NCBI RefSeq assembly: GCF_028368995.1
Contig: NZ_JAQNDL010000003.1
Location: forward strand, 2,240,001 to 2,304,000
Length of the DNA stretch: 64,000 nt
Direction: 5' to 3'
DNA from: Nannocystis bainbridge
Lineage (GTDB): Bacteria; Myxococcota_A; Polyangia; Nannocystales; Nannocystaceae
Part shown: positions 1 to 10,500 of the stretch, piece by piece
Numbering within the stretch: position 1 is the stretch's first letter
Layout of the letters: each line of letters opens with the position of its first letter
Made by a program: the position numbers and the translations under genes
The notes under the pieces: model-generated
The model's database searches: none
What the model was told of the DNA's origin: nothing
What the model saw: the letters and a program-made list of their open reading frames with translations, nothing else

Positions 1-1547
1 CCTGGCGCGAACTCGCGGACGATCCGCGCCCCGCGGCTCATCGCCCCGAGCTGCAGCCCCAGGTGCGAGAACCCGCCCAGGCTGCGGAAGTAGATCGACG
101 CCGCCTCGCCCGTCCGGCCCGCGCGCAGCGTGTGCAGCAGCAGCGCCTCGTACGTCTCGAGCCGCTCGTCCGCGTGCGGCCCCGGGCGATGCACATCGAG
201 CCGCGCGATCAAGTGCGCGCGCTCCACCTCGTGGATCGCCGCCGGCGGCGCGCCCAGCAGCGAGCGAAAATACTCCGCCACGAACGGGTGCGCCGTGTAG
301 CGCCCCGGCCCCGCCCGGGCCACCAACCCCAACCGCTCCAGCCGCGCCACAATCGGCCCGATCGCCGCCGCGTCGCGCCCTGCCAGCGCCCCCGCGACCG
401 CCCCGCCTGCGCTCGCCAGGCGCGCCAGCAGTTCCACGTCCGCCCCCGCCGGGAACAGCGCCAGACGAGCCACCAGATCGCGCTCCTCGGGGCCCAGCGC
501 CGCGGCGTAGGCCGCCAGCACCGCCAGCAAGCGCCGCGCCTGCACATCGTCGCGCGCCGCCGGCTCGAGCGCGATCGCCTGCGCTCGCTCGCCGTCGCCG
601 CCGAGGAACATCCCCGCGTACGACCCCAGCATCGCCACCGACAGCGCGTGCCCGCCGACCCGATCGACCAGCGGCCGCAGCGGCGTCTTCGCGCTCAGCC
701 CCCAGTGCTCGAGCAGCGTCGAGCCCTCTGCCGGCGACAGCCCGCCCAGGCGCAGCGTCGTCAACCCGGCCCCGTCCCACGCCTGCAGGTCCGTCGGCTC
801 GAACCGCGAAGTCAGCACCACCCGCGCCGCCCCCAGCCCGCGCGCCGCGCTCATCAGCAGCCGTCGCAGCGACCCGTCGGCGATCCGTCCGTACGTCGAG
901 TCCTCGCGCCCGCTGCCCTGCAGCACCTCGATCCCGTCGATCACCAGCACGTGCGGCGGCCCCGAGGCCAGCGCCTCTTGCAGCCGCTGCGGCCGCTCTC
1001 CCGCCGGCACCTCCGCGCCCTCCGCGAAGTAGCGCGTCGCCGCCGCGAAGAACGCCTCCACCCGCGTGTCGTCATAAAAACTCCACACCAGCAGCCCGCC
1101 CGCGTGCGGCCCCTCGCCCAGCTCCGCGATCATGCGCTCGACCAGCGCCGTCTTGCCCGCCCCGCCGATCGCCACCACCGCGATCACGCCCCGCGTCGGC
1201 GCGCGCAGCAGCGCCAGCGCCTCCTCGCGACCGACGAAGTGGCGCGCTCGCGGCAGCGTGTGCGCGTGGCACGGCCGCCAGCCCGCGGGCGCCGGCGCCG
1301 GCTCCGTCGCCCGCGCCTCGATCACCAGCTCGCTCTCCGCGATCCCCAGCTCGCGGCTCAGCGCCGCCAGCAGCCGGCGCCGGCTGGCGTTACGGACCAC
1401 GAAGCCCTCCGCCGCCTCGTTGACCGCCCCCGACTCGTAGCGCCGGTACGTCCGCACATCGACCCCGACCGCCGCCGCGGCTGCCTCTTGGGTCAGGTTC
1501 AGCTCGGTGCGGACCCGCGCGAGCAGCTCGTGATGGAAACGGAGCAC
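1..1547 (-). CDS. XRE-family HTH fused to STAND/NB-ARC-like P-loop NTPase (3' end runs off window)
   Basis: Hand translation from GTG at 1547 (absent from ORF track because truncated): VLRFHHELLARVRTELNLTQEAAAAAVGVDVRTYRRYESG (HTH_XRE), FVGREEAL, Walker A AIGGAGKT, Walker B VLVIDGIE, VVLTSR, GGHALSV (GxP-like), winged-helix-like YTAHPFV. Confidence 0.85.
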   Translation of the reverse strand, partial: MLRFHHELLARVRTELNLTQEAAAAAVGVDVRTYRRYESGAVNEAAEGFVVRNASRRRLLAALSRELGIAESELVIEARATEPAPAPAGWRPCHAHTLPRARHFVGREEALALLRAPTRGVIAVVAIGGAGKTALVERMIAELGEGPHAGGLLVWSFYDDTRVEAFFAAATRYFAEGAEVPAGERPQRLQEALASGPPHVLVIDGIEVLQGSGREDSTYGRIADGSLRRLLMSAARGLGAARVVLTSRFEPTDLQAWDGAGLTTLRLGGLSPAEGSTLLEHWGLSAKTPLRPLVDRVGGHALSVAMLGSYAGMFLGGDGERAQAIALEPAARDDVQARRLLAVLAAYAAALGPEERDLVARLALFPAGADVELLARLASAGGAVAGALAGRDAAAIGPIVARLERLGLVARAGPGRYTAHPFVAEYFRSLLGAPPAAIHEVERAHLIARLDVHRPGPHADERLETYEALLLHTLRAGRTGEAASIYFRSLGGFSHLGLQLGAMSRGARIVREFAP

Positions 1548-1634
1548 GGCCGGAGCGCCATCCTAGCCGGTCTTGCCCGGTTCTGCCCGGCCGCGATCCT
1601 CGTCCTGCGGGCCTCGCGGGCGCACCGTCTCGAC

Positions 1635-2210
1635 ATGAGCACGCCGAGCAAGACCCCGATCCTCGCCGACAACGTCTTCACCGTCCGCGATTTCTGCACT
1701 CCTGACGAGTGCGCCGCCTGGCTCCGGCTCGCGCACGACGTCGGCTTCGCGGAGGCCCCGATCACCACCGCGCGCGGCTTCGTGATGGCCCCGGAGATCC
1801 GCAACAACACCCGGGTGATCCGCGACGACCTCGAGCTCGCGCATGGGCTGTGGCAGCGGCTGGCCCCGTTCGTGCCCGCGCGCCGCCACGGCTGGCAGGC
1901 CGTCGGCCTCAACGAGCGGCTCCGCTTCTACCGCTACGAGCCCGGCCAGTACTTCCGCTGGCACCACGACGGCGCCTTCCACCGCAGCCTCCACGAGCAG
2001 AGCCTCCTCACCGTCATGCTCTACCTCGACGCCGAGTTCACCGGCGGCAGCACCGAGTTCGAACACGCCGGCGAGGTCGTCCGCGTCGCCCCCGAGCGCG
2101 GCATGGTCCTCGTGTTCGACCACCCCCTCTGCCACCAGGGCGCCCCGGTGCGCAGCGGCGTCAAGCACGTCCTCCGCACCGACGTCATGTACCGCCGCGA
2201 CGATGCATGA
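1635..2210 (+). CDS. 2OG-Fe(II) oxygenase (prolyl 4-hydroxylase-like)
   Basis: MSTPSK start; RFYRYEPGQYFRWHHDG (HxD), TVMLYL, GGST.F, HQGAPV..G.K..LRTDVMY. Confidence 0.9.
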   Translation: MSTPSKTPILADNVFTVRDFCTPDECAAWLRLAHDVGFAEAPITTARGFVMAPEIRNNTRVIRDDLELAHGLWQRLAPFVPARRHGWQAVGLNERLRFYRYEPGQYFRWHHDGAFHRSLHEQSLLTVMLYLDAEFTGGSTEFEHAGEVVRVAPERGMVLVFDHPLCHQGAPVRSGVKHVLRTDVMYRRDDA

Positions 2211-2277
2211 CCCGAAGGACATGCCCAACAGGCCATGTCCAATACAACATGCCCTAAACGACATGTCCCCGAGTTCA
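2208..2277. repeat. Phased array of five 14-bp TGTC-N6-GACA-like units
   Basis: TGACCCGAAGGACA|TGCCCAACAGGCCA|TGTCCAATACAACA|TGCCCTAAACGACA|TGTCCCCGAGTTCA; begins at the upstream stop codon. Confidence 0.8.
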
Positions 2278-2446
2278 TCCCCCGGACCTCCGCCCATCGA
2301 ACAAACCGCCCGAGCCGTTCGCCCCGGCGGCTCTGTTTTCGAATCAACGCCGGACACGGATGCCTGCCCCTCGGCGAACATCGGCCCTGCTTCGATCGCT
2401 TCACCGCGCCCGCGGGCGAGCCTCGGCCGCGCCCGTCAGCGGAAGC

Positions 2447-4219
2447 TCACCGCGGTCGCTGGCGCGCGTCGGCGTCGAACAGCCGCTCGAGGTCCGCGCT
2501 GAACTTCTTCGCCGACGCGATCAGGGCCGCCTCGTCGTGGCGGATCGCGTACTGCTCGTTCAGCACCTGCTCGTCGTGCTCGCGGAACGTCTTCACGTAC
2601 TCGCGGGCGTCGCTCGGCGTCACCCCCAGCTCCTCGAGCGAGCGGTGCGCCGCGTCCAGGCTCGAAAGGAACATCTCGCGCACGATCACGTGGGCCCCGT
2701 GGGCCCTCAGGCGGAACGCGTGCGACCGGTTGCGCGCGCGGGCCACGATCCGCAGCTCCGGGAAGTTGCGGCGGACCGTCTCGACCGTGCGCATCGACGC
2801 CTCGACGTCGTCGATCGCCACCACGATGAGGCGCGCCTTGTCGGCCTTGGCCGCGCGCAGCAGGTCGATGCGGGCCGCGTCGCCGTAGTAGATCTCGTTG
2901 CCGAACCGGCGCAGGAAGTCCACCTGCGTCGTATCGATCTCGAGCGCCGTGAACGGGACCCGCGTCATTCGCAGCACTCGCCCGACGATCTGGCCGAAGC
3001 GGCCGAAGCCCGCGATGATGACCGGGTTCTCCTCGTCGATCGCGTCGAACTCGCGCCGGTTCTGGGCCGCGCGGCGCGCGGAGATCCGGTCGCGGGCGAT
3101 CAGCAGCAGCGGCGTCACCATCATCGACATCGTCACTGCCACCACCAGCAGATCGATCACCTCCGGCGCCACCAGCCCGGCCGGCCCCGCCACTCCGAAC
3201 AGCACGAACGCGAACTCGCCGCCCTGCGACAGCGCGATCGCCAGGCTCGAAGCTGACCCGAAGGACATCTTCGCCACCCGCCCGATCACCAGCAGCGCCA
3301 GCCCCTTGACCCCCACCAGCCCGAGCACGATCGCCAGCACCGCCAGCGGCTGCGCCGCGATGATCCCGAGGTCGGCCGACATCCCCACCGCCACGAAGAA
3401 CAGCCCGAGCAGCAGCCCCTTGAACGGCTCGATGTCGGCCTCGAGCTCGTGGCGGTACTCGCTGTCGGCCAGCAGCACCCCGGCGAGGAACGCCCCCAGC
3501 GCCGCCTCGAGGTGGACCAGCTCCATCAGCAGCGCCGTCCCGATCACCACCAGCAGCGCCCACGCCGACGACAGCTCGTTGCTGCGCGTCGAGAGCACCC
3601 AGCGGAACAGCGGCCGTAGCAGCATGCGCCCGCCCAGCACCAGCCCGGCGATCACCGCCGCCGCGATCGCCAGCGACATCCATGGCCCTTGCGTCGCGTC
3701 CGACCCCTCGCCGCTGCTCGTCAGCAGCGGAATCGCCGCCAGCACCGGGATCGCCGCCAGATCCTGGAACAGCAGGATCTTGAACGACGCCCGCCCGTGC
3801 GGCGCCGTCAGCTCGAGCCGCTCGCCCAGCACCTGCAGCACGAACGCCGTCGACGACAGCGACAGCGCGAACCCGACCACCAGCGCCCCGGCCGGCGGCA
3901 GCCCCAGCAGCCACCCCCCCAGCGCCAGCAGCAGCGACGTCACCATCACCTGCGCCGACCCGAGCCCGAACACCCCCGCCCGCATCTCCCACAGCCGCTT
4001 CGGCTGCAGCTCGAGCCCGATCACGAACAGCAGCAGCACCACCCCGAATTCCGCCACGTGGAGCGTGTCCTCGACGTGCTCCACCAGCCCCAGCCCGGAC
4101 GGCCCGATCGCCGCCCCTGCCGCCAGGTAGCCCAGCACCGAGCCGAGCCCGAGGCGCTTGAACAGCGGGACCACCACCACCGCGGCGGCCAGAAAAATCG
4201 CAGATTGAGCGAGCTGCAC
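2447..4219 (-). CDS. kefC: Glutathione-regulated K+ efflux antiporter KefB/KefC (CPA2 + TrkA-N)
   Basis: LGSVLGYL, LSLSSTAF, LLFQDLA, YRHELEADIEPFKGLLLGLFF, LSQGGEFAFV, IIAGFGRFGQ, YYGDA; GTG start at 4219; kefB vs kefC not resolvable. Confidence 0.92.
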   Translation of the reverse strand: MQLAQSAIFLAAAVVVVPLFKRLGLGSVLGYLAAGAAIGPSGLGLVEHVEDTLHVAEFGVVLLLFVIGLELQPKRLWEMRAGVFGLGSAQVMVTSLLLALGGWLLGLPPAGALVVGFALSLSSTAFVLQVLGERLELTAPHGRASFKILLFQDLAAIPVLAAIPLLTSSGEGSDATQGPWMSLAIAAAVIAGLVLGGRMLLRPLFRWVLSTRSNELSSAWALLVVIGTALLMELVHLEAALGAFLAGVLLADSEYRHELEADIEPFKGLLLGLFFVAVGMSADLGIIAAQPLAVLAIVLGLVGVKGLALLVIGRVAKMSFGSASSLAIALSQGGEFAFVLFGVAGPAGLVAPEVIDLLVVAVTMSMMVTPLLLIARDRISARRAAQNRREFDAIDEENPVIIAGFGRFGQIVGRVLRMTRVPFTALEIDTTQVDFLRRFGNEIYYGDAARIDLLRAAKADKARLIVVAIDDVEASMRTVETVRRNFPELRIVARARNRSHAFRLRAHGAHVIVREMFLSSLDAAHRSLEELGVTPSDAREYVKTFREHDEQVLNEQYAIRHDEAALIASAKKFSADLERLFDADARQRPR

Positions 4220-4484
4220 CGGCCCCGAACATACCCTGCGACGGGCCTCCGCTGACGCCCGCTTTTCGGCCGCACCGCCCGCCGACCCCGCCCCCGCGGT
4301 CACCCGCTCGAACGAAGCGCCCGGAGCTCTCCCCTCGGCCCTTTCGAATCTCTCGTCACCGGTCCCTCGCGAGCGAGTGACTCGCCCGACCTACCGCATC
4401 CCTCACTCGCGCGCGTCCGGAGCACCCCATGGCTCGAGCATCCTCCCCCGCGGCGACCCGTCAGCAAACGCGGCCATGCTTTCA

Positions 4485-4892
4485 CTACGAGTCGTGGTCG
4501 GTGCCCACGCACCCGCAGTCCCATCGACAGACCTCGTCCTTCTTGGGACCGCACTCTCCATCGATGTTCTCGACCAGATCGTGCAGGACCCAGTACTGGT
4601 CGCAGTTCTCGGCCTTGTTGCCGCAGGCAAAGAAGTCCAGCAAGGCGGGGGCGCACTCGGGAGCTTCCCACTTCGCCAGCCGGATCTCCTGAGCGCGCAC
4701 GCACGCGTCCACCCCCGCATAGTCCGGTCCGTAGTTACACTCGCTCAGCAGCTCGCAGCGCCTCCGGAGGATCTCATCCGCATCGCCCGTGGTCGATCCG
4801 GTGCTCGAGGTCCCCGAGTCCGTCTCCTGGCCGACAGGGCGATCGGTACAGGCAAGCAGGCAGGCGGCGAGCAACGGCAGAGTACGGAACAT
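4485..4892 (-). CDS. Small Cys-rich lipoprotein
   Basis: Lipobox LLAC, Ser/Thr linker, many Cys. Confidence 0.75.
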   Translation of the reverse strand: MFRTLPLLAACLLACTDRPVGQETDSGTSSTGSTTGDADEILRRRCELLSECNYGPDYAGVDACVRAQEIRLAKWEAPECAPALLDFFACGNKAENCDQYWVLHDLVENIDGECGPKKDEVCRWDCGCVGTDHDS

Positions 4893-4957
4893 GGGGGTCT
4901 CTTGCGAGGGTATGCGCGAGAGAATAGCACCACCGAAAGATCTGAACCTCCCGCTGC

Positions 4958-5062
4958 ATCGGCTCCGACTCAGAACCGGCCGCTCAGCACCAGCCCGCCG
5001 AGGCTCGGCGCCACGCGCACCAGCGCCTCCCGCGTCCGGCCCTCACCTCACGTGCACCGGTA
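4958..5062 (-). pseudogene. Diverged duplicate of the 3' end of gene 11040-11903 (direct repeat of 11028-11139)
   Basis: 4958-5021 matches 11028-11091 at 62/64 nt (VRVAPSLGGLVLSG[R/Q]F-stop plus downstream bases); similarity continues to 5062/11139 across a 7-nt deletion (GAGCTCC). Confidence 0.9.
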
Positions 5063-5063
5063 T

Positions 5064-5102
5064 CGACGCGACCGCCCTGCCGAGGTCCGGGCGGTCGCGT
5101 CG
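5064..5102. terminator. 14-bp-stem hairpin abutting the direct repeat
   Basis: CGACGCGACCGCCC-11 nt-GGGCGGTCGCGTCG perfect inverted repeat downstream of gene 5192-6157; no U-tract, so function uncertain. Confidence 0.45.
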
Positions 5103-5191
5103 GCGTCGAACGCTTCATGAGCGCGCTTCAAGCCGTTTCTGGTTCAGCACCAGTCGTCACGGGAGCAGCGCCTAATCCTATAGCAACACTC

Positions 5192-6157
5192 TCACTCGGA
5201 GATGAGAGGCTCGTATGAAATCGTAAGATAGTTCACACCCCGCAGGATGTATACGTCAAACATCGTCTCGCTCTCCCCCCACAGCTCGCTGAGCGCGGCC
5301 CACGCGTCTGCAGCCGTTTCGAGGGGCATTCCGTTGATGCCCAGCGGGATGTCGCCGTCTCGGAACCCGAGCAGGTAGAAGAGCTCGCCGCTGTTCGCAT
5401 TGTCGACCTGGAATCCGGGTCCGTTCACGACAGGTTCGAAGTATGCGTCGTCACATACGAGGAGTGGAGCCGGGTTGCTGATCAGGGCGGACAAAAATGA
5501 CCAATTGTAGTAGTATACACCACTAATCAAAGTGACATTATCGCTCGGATCCCAACCTGCGCAGTTGTAAGGAATCGGCCCGCCAGTCGGATCGCCAGTC
5601 GGATCGCCAGTCGGATCGCCGCCAGTCGTCGGATCACCGCCAGTCGTCGGCTCGGGCAGCACACCCGAACAGTCCAACCATCCGATGTTGGAGTCGATGG
5701 CTCCCCCATCAAAGCAAGCCGCGGCACAGTCGGTTTCGACCTTGTTGCTTGTATAGCTCAAGTCCTGGTTACACCAATCATTCCAAATGTCATCTGACCA
5801 TGACTCGTCCCATCCCTGACAATAGCAGGAGTACTCGATCCCGCCAGGACAATCCCAGCAGAAGGGATTTCCCAGGCTGGTGGCACCCGTGATGCTCGTG
5901 GTGGGGAGGGTGTCGGTGCCTGTCTCAGTGCCGGTGCCTGTCTCAGTGCCGCTCCCTGTCTCAGTGCCGCTCCCTGTCTCAGTGCCGGTGCCTGTCTCAG
6001 TGCCGCTCTCTGTCTCAGTGCCGCTCCCTGTCTCAGTGCCGCTCCCTGTGCTAGCGGTGTCGGTGGCGTTATCAGGCTCCTGCTTGCACTGGATGGATGT
6101 CGAAGCCAGGATAGCGACCACGTATGCACTCCGACCGTTCAAGCTCAAATTTTTCAT
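5192..6157 (-). CDS. Lipoprotein with GTETGS repeats, Cys-rich domain and C-terminal PDZ-like domain
   Basis: Signal ending SIQC; (GTETGS)n and (GDPT)n linkers; GFQV..ANSGELFYLLGFRDGDIPLGINGMPL resembles the GspC-type PDZ signature. Confidence 0.75.
   Translation of the reverse strand: MKNLSLNGRSAYVVAILASTSIQCKQEPDNATDTASTGSGTETGSGTETESGTETGTGTETGSGTETGSGTETGTGTETGTDTLPTTSITGATSLGNPFCWDCPGGIEYSCYCQGWDESWSDDIWNDWCNQDLSYTSNKVETDCAAACFDGGAIDSNIGWLDCSGVLPEPTTGGDPTTGGDPTGDPTGDPTGGPIPYNCAGWDPSDNVTLISGVYYYNWSFLSALISNPAPLLVCDDAYFEPVVNGPGFQVDNANSGELFYLLGFRDGDIPLGINGMPLETAADAWAALSELWGESETMFDVYILRGVNYLTISYEPLISE
5921..6046. repeat. Seven 18-bp coding tandem repeats
   Basis: (TGTCTCAGTGCCGCTCCC / TGTCTCAGTGCCGGTGCC)x7 encoding GTETGS/GTETGT on the minus strand. 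Confidence 0.95.
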
Positions 6158-6452
6158 GCCTACGAATCTCCTGGTTCAGACCCTAAGAGATCATTCGCGG
6201 CAAGTCAAGAAGGAAGACACCATTTGAGGGACGGCTTCCTCCAAACTGGGCAAACCAGGAAAAGGTATTAGTCCAGTGCAGAGACGAGACTTAGGGACGC
6301 AGCGTGGGTCGAGACCTTAGCGATAGCCTAGGGCCTATCCCAGATCGCAAAGTCCGACTTCGATACCACTGTGGCGCAGTCTACGACAAGGTACTCGGAG
6401 ACATGACTTGTACCTCCGCTCATCAATGTACTCGAGTCGCGGAGGGTCGTGC

Positions 6453-7571
6453 CTACGTCCCGGCCATTTTGGGATCCATCGCACTGGACGGATCGTCGAC
6501 GCGAAGAAGCTGAAAACCAATGATCGTCGACGCGTTGGCAGGTCCGTGGAGTCGGAGTGAGTAGCGCCCGGGGTCGAGCCAGCCAATTTGCGGGACATCT
6601 ATCGCTCCAGCGACGAGTTGGCGAAGCAGACATGGATTGTCGCAGGCGTACATCGAGACGATGTGCGTCATTCCAGAGGGGACATCATCCTCTTCTCCGA
6701 GAACGCGAAGTTCGTAGAGCCCCCCCTCCCCGATGTCGATCGTGTGGAGGACGAGGGTGCTGTCCCCCGCAAAAGGCCCGATAGCGTCCAGATCCTCGCA
6801 AGACAGAGTCCGCGTCATCTGTAGTGCCCGCCCGTCCCAGGCCAGCGTGGGGGCGTTGCACTCCATAAGCTTGGCGTCGTACGCCTCGTGGGCGCAAGAC
6901 GGCCCTGCTTCGAATTCCGCGATCGAATCGTCCAAGCTCGTGCCGAATTGCTGACGGAAACCGACATCGAGCTCTAACTCACCCGCGCCAGCGTCCAGAG
7001 ATGTATAGAGCCGCAGAAAAGCCTCGATGCCATGACGCGAGATGAGGAAGGCGGTGAATTTCCCTGCTAACGGGTAAAGATCGTACTCCACGAGTTCCGC
7101 ATTCGTCGCGGTGAGCGCTTCGCGAACATCGGCACTACTATCACCGACGTTGCTGTACGGTCGCCCATCGAGGCCCTGATAGACGACCGCCAAGCCCTCG
7201 GCAAAGAACACAGGAGGGCTACCGAGCGCGAAAGTCAGATTGTGCACGAGCTCATGATTATGCGGCGCGGTGCGCGAAAACGTCTCATTACCTCGCGCGC
7301 ATCCTACCAGTCGCGCGCCACACTCGGAGCGGTCAGTAAAGTCTTGGGAATCGAGCCAATAGAAGAGAATGCGTTCTTCCCCAACTGGCGCGGAGATCGA
7401 GAACTCATTCGAGACACGTTCGACGAATTCGTCCATGAACGCCAGTGAGCCTCCGCAGAGCGGCTGACCGGTAGCGGCGTCGACGACGACATGTTTCCCT
7501 TCAAGGGATGCGTCGCCCAGCGGACGGCAAGCCGCCCACAAGAAGACGGCACATTGAAAATACCGCTTCAT
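6453..7571 (-). CDS. Lipoprotein with gluzincin-like metallopeptidase motif
   Basis: Lipobox WAAC; HELVH followed by FFAEGLA (HExxH..E); 4-nt overlap with the upstream FG-GAP gene. Confidence 0.75.
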   Translation of the reverse strand: MKRYFQCAVFLWAACRPLGDASLEGKHVVVDAATGQPLCGGSLAFMDEFVERVSNEFSISAPVGEERILFYWLDSQDFTDRSECGARLVGCARGNETFSRTAPHNHELVHNLTFALGSPPVFFAEGLAVVYQGLDGRPYSNVGDSSADVREALTATNAELVEYDLYPLAGKFTAFLISRHGIEAFLRLYTSLDAGAGELELDVGFRQQFGTSLDDSIAEFEAGPSCAHEAYDAKLMECNAPTLAWDGRALQMTRTLSCEDLDAIGPFAGDSTLVLHTIDIGEGGLYELRVLGEEDDVPSGMTHIVSMYACDNPCLLRQLVAGAIDVPQIGWLDPGRYSLRLHGPANASTIIGFQLLRVDDPSSAMDPKMAGT

Positions 7572-10500
7572 GGGACCTGCTTCATGACCGTCACGCCCAC
7601 GTCATCGGTGAGGATGATGTCAAAGTTCGCGTCCCCGTCGACATCGGCGAGGTGGATCGCCTGGACAAATCGCGAAGGTAGGATGTACTCCGAGAACTGG
7701 GGCATTGCGCTCGCCATATGACGCCCTACGAGCAGGGCCACGATTGGTCCAGAAAGTCTCCCTGGGCCGGTCGTGGCGAGCAGTTCGGGCTGGCCGTCAG
7801 CGTCCAAGTCAGCGATTGCAACATTCGACACGTCCGCGAGTAGCGGCCCGGACTCCTCGGCTCCGCGCAGGACCGAGAGGGTCTGTTGGCGCAGCAGGAC
7901 GAGTTCAGTCAAACCGTCGGCGTCCAGGTCGGCGGGTAGGAGGTCGTCGGCGAGCACCGGGCTATAAACTTCAACCGGCTCGAAAACGCCGCGCCCTCGT
8001 CCCCGTAACCAGAGCACTCCCGCCGCGCTCGCACCGACGAGATCGATCTGGCCATCTCCGTCGAGATCATAAAATCGCGGACGTGCGACCGGCGCCGGCG
8101 CAGCGAGGAGGGTCGTGCGCGGAGGCTCGACGCCGCCTTCCGCGAGACCCAAAAACACATGAACTTCGGACTCCGGATTCGTGGATAACGCTGCAAGATC
8201 GACCACTCCGTCATCGTCGAGGTCGTGCGAGTACAACTGAATGCCGCTAGCCGGCAGCGACGCGAGGTGCTGAGCATTGGCCACACCTTCTGCGAAGGTG
8301 ACGATATATATCTGCGAGCCCGGCGCCTCATCGGTCGCAACGATGATGGCTTCGTCGGCTTCGCCGCTCGACTCGACGAGGACGACGTCCGAGATCGGCA
8401 CTTCCGCGAGCGAGCCGGTGACGATCGGCTGATGAAGAGGTCCGAAGCTACCGCGCCCGTCCGCGAGCGCCAGCGACAGCTTTGCACCAATACCGACGAG
8501 GTCCGCGGCCCCGTCACCGTCGACGTCGCCGACACGAAACCGACGCGGAGTGTCGATCGCCACGACATTCGCCGCCACGAGCGCGGGCCCTAAGACGACA
8601 CGACGCGCCTCCGTCGGGCGCTCCTTCTGGATGATCACGAGGTCGGATATCCCATCATCGTCCATCTGGGCGAAGGAGAACGACGAGGCATAACCCACGC
8701 TATGGCTGCCAAGCGCCGTCCAACCCTGGTCCCCCTGCAGCCAGGGCGTGAGCAAGCTACGGACTTGCACGGGCTGAATGGCCACGTCAGTGCGCCCCAC
8801 GACGTCGAAGAAGCCGTCTGCATCGAGGTCATCCAAGTGCAGACCACTGCACGCGATATCACTCAGAATTTCGAAGTCCGCGGGCTCTTGCTCCAGGACG
8901 TTCCGGAAGGCGCGCAAGCCCTGCGGGCCGCAAGTAACGACGTCAAGATCCCCGTCACCTTCGAGGTCGGCGTAGGCCGCGGCTTGAATACTATGACCCT
9001 CGGCGAACGCGAGCTCGCGTGGCGGCGCAGTCACGTCTTGAAGGTAATGAACCCGACCTTCCCCGTCGCTTATCATCAGGTCGGCCCGCAGGTCGCCCGC
9101 GCCCGCGACAGCATCTAGTGATATCGCGTCGAAGCCGAGTGGGACCTCCCCCCCGAGTTGCAACGCGCCATTGGGATCGGAGGCGAACCAGTACAACTGG
9201 CTGGCGGTCTCTCGTTCGGCGAGAACTAGGAGGTCGAGACGACCATCGCCGTCGCCGTCTCCAAGCGCGACGTCGGTGATCCTCTCGCCGACAGTCATCG
9301 GTGGCCCGGGGCTGTACAGGTCGACGCCATCGCGTTGCAGCACGGCCACTTGCCGTCTGTCCCAGACAACGATCTCGCGCGAGGCATCTCCCGTCACCTC
9401 GCCGGCGTCAACGGACCAGACCGCTGCGAGACCCGTATCGAGCTCGACCGGCAAACCCGGCCCGCCACGCCACAGCTTGAGCGGTCCCGCCAGCTTCTCG
9501 CTGAGAATGAGCTCATCAATGCCGTCATCATCGAGGTCGACCGCCCATCCCCGCGTCATCGCCGGCCCCTGCCACAAGGTCGTGAGTTGCAGGCCGGTCC
9601 CTGGTTCGAGCCGCCCGATGCGGTTGTTCATCGCGCTCGCGTAGTGCAGAAAACCGCCCGCCCCAGACACGATGGCGCTCGCCCACGAAGTCGTCGCACC
9701 AGCAAGCGTCTCCCCGTTCAAGGGATCGAGCCGTTGCACTGTCGAGGTCGCCACGGACAGGACTCCCAGCGCGGGCGGACCGCCCTCGGAGTTCACGACC
9801 ACCAGGTCGCTTGCTTGCGGGATGCAAGCCCACGTCTCCTGCGCGCGCAAATTTCCCTTGTTGTCACCGTGGAAGACACTAACCGCTTCCTCGAACTCGC
9901 TCAATGAGGCGAGATCGAGCGCACCATCCACGTCGAAATCGGCAACAACAACGGCTTGCGGGGCCCCCTCGACCAAGTGTCGAGGCCCGAGCGAGAGCCG
10001 GCCGTGGCCATCATTGAGGAGCAACTGCAACGCGTCGGCCTCGGGAAGCGCGACCACCAGATCGACGTCGTCGTCACCGTCGAGGTCACCGGTCGCCAAG
10101 CCGCTCGGACCAGGCCCGACCGCGACGTGCGTCACGTCCGTGAGGCCCCGCAGGATGCTGATGCTGCCGTCGCCAACATTGCCTGTGACAAGTTCCGGCG
10201 GGCCCGCGGCGTCGAGATTCGCTGCTACGATCGAGCGAGGCGCGGCACCGACTGCGTGGTGCTGCAGTTTCGGAAAAGAGCGTCCACCTCCACCAAGGTG
10301 AACACCGATTTTGTCTTCTGCCGGCAGCGCGGTGGCTAGATCGAGATACCCATCGTCATTGAAGTCTGCGACCACTACGCCCGAGATCTGACTCGCCACG
10401 GGCAAGAGAGTCGTCTCTGCGCCCATTTCGGTGTCTGAGCCCCATAGAACGCTAAATGTACCGGGCTCATGGTTCGCGGCTATCAAATCGCCGGCACCAT

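Noticed and set aside
63-1634. N-terminal part of the 715-aa plus-strand ORF
   Set aside because: Arg-rich antisense shadow of the minus-strand XRE-STAND gene; the real oxygenase starts at 1635
6158-6452. ncRNA or small ORF in the island's AT-richer gap
   Set aside because: No convincing structure or coding signal seen
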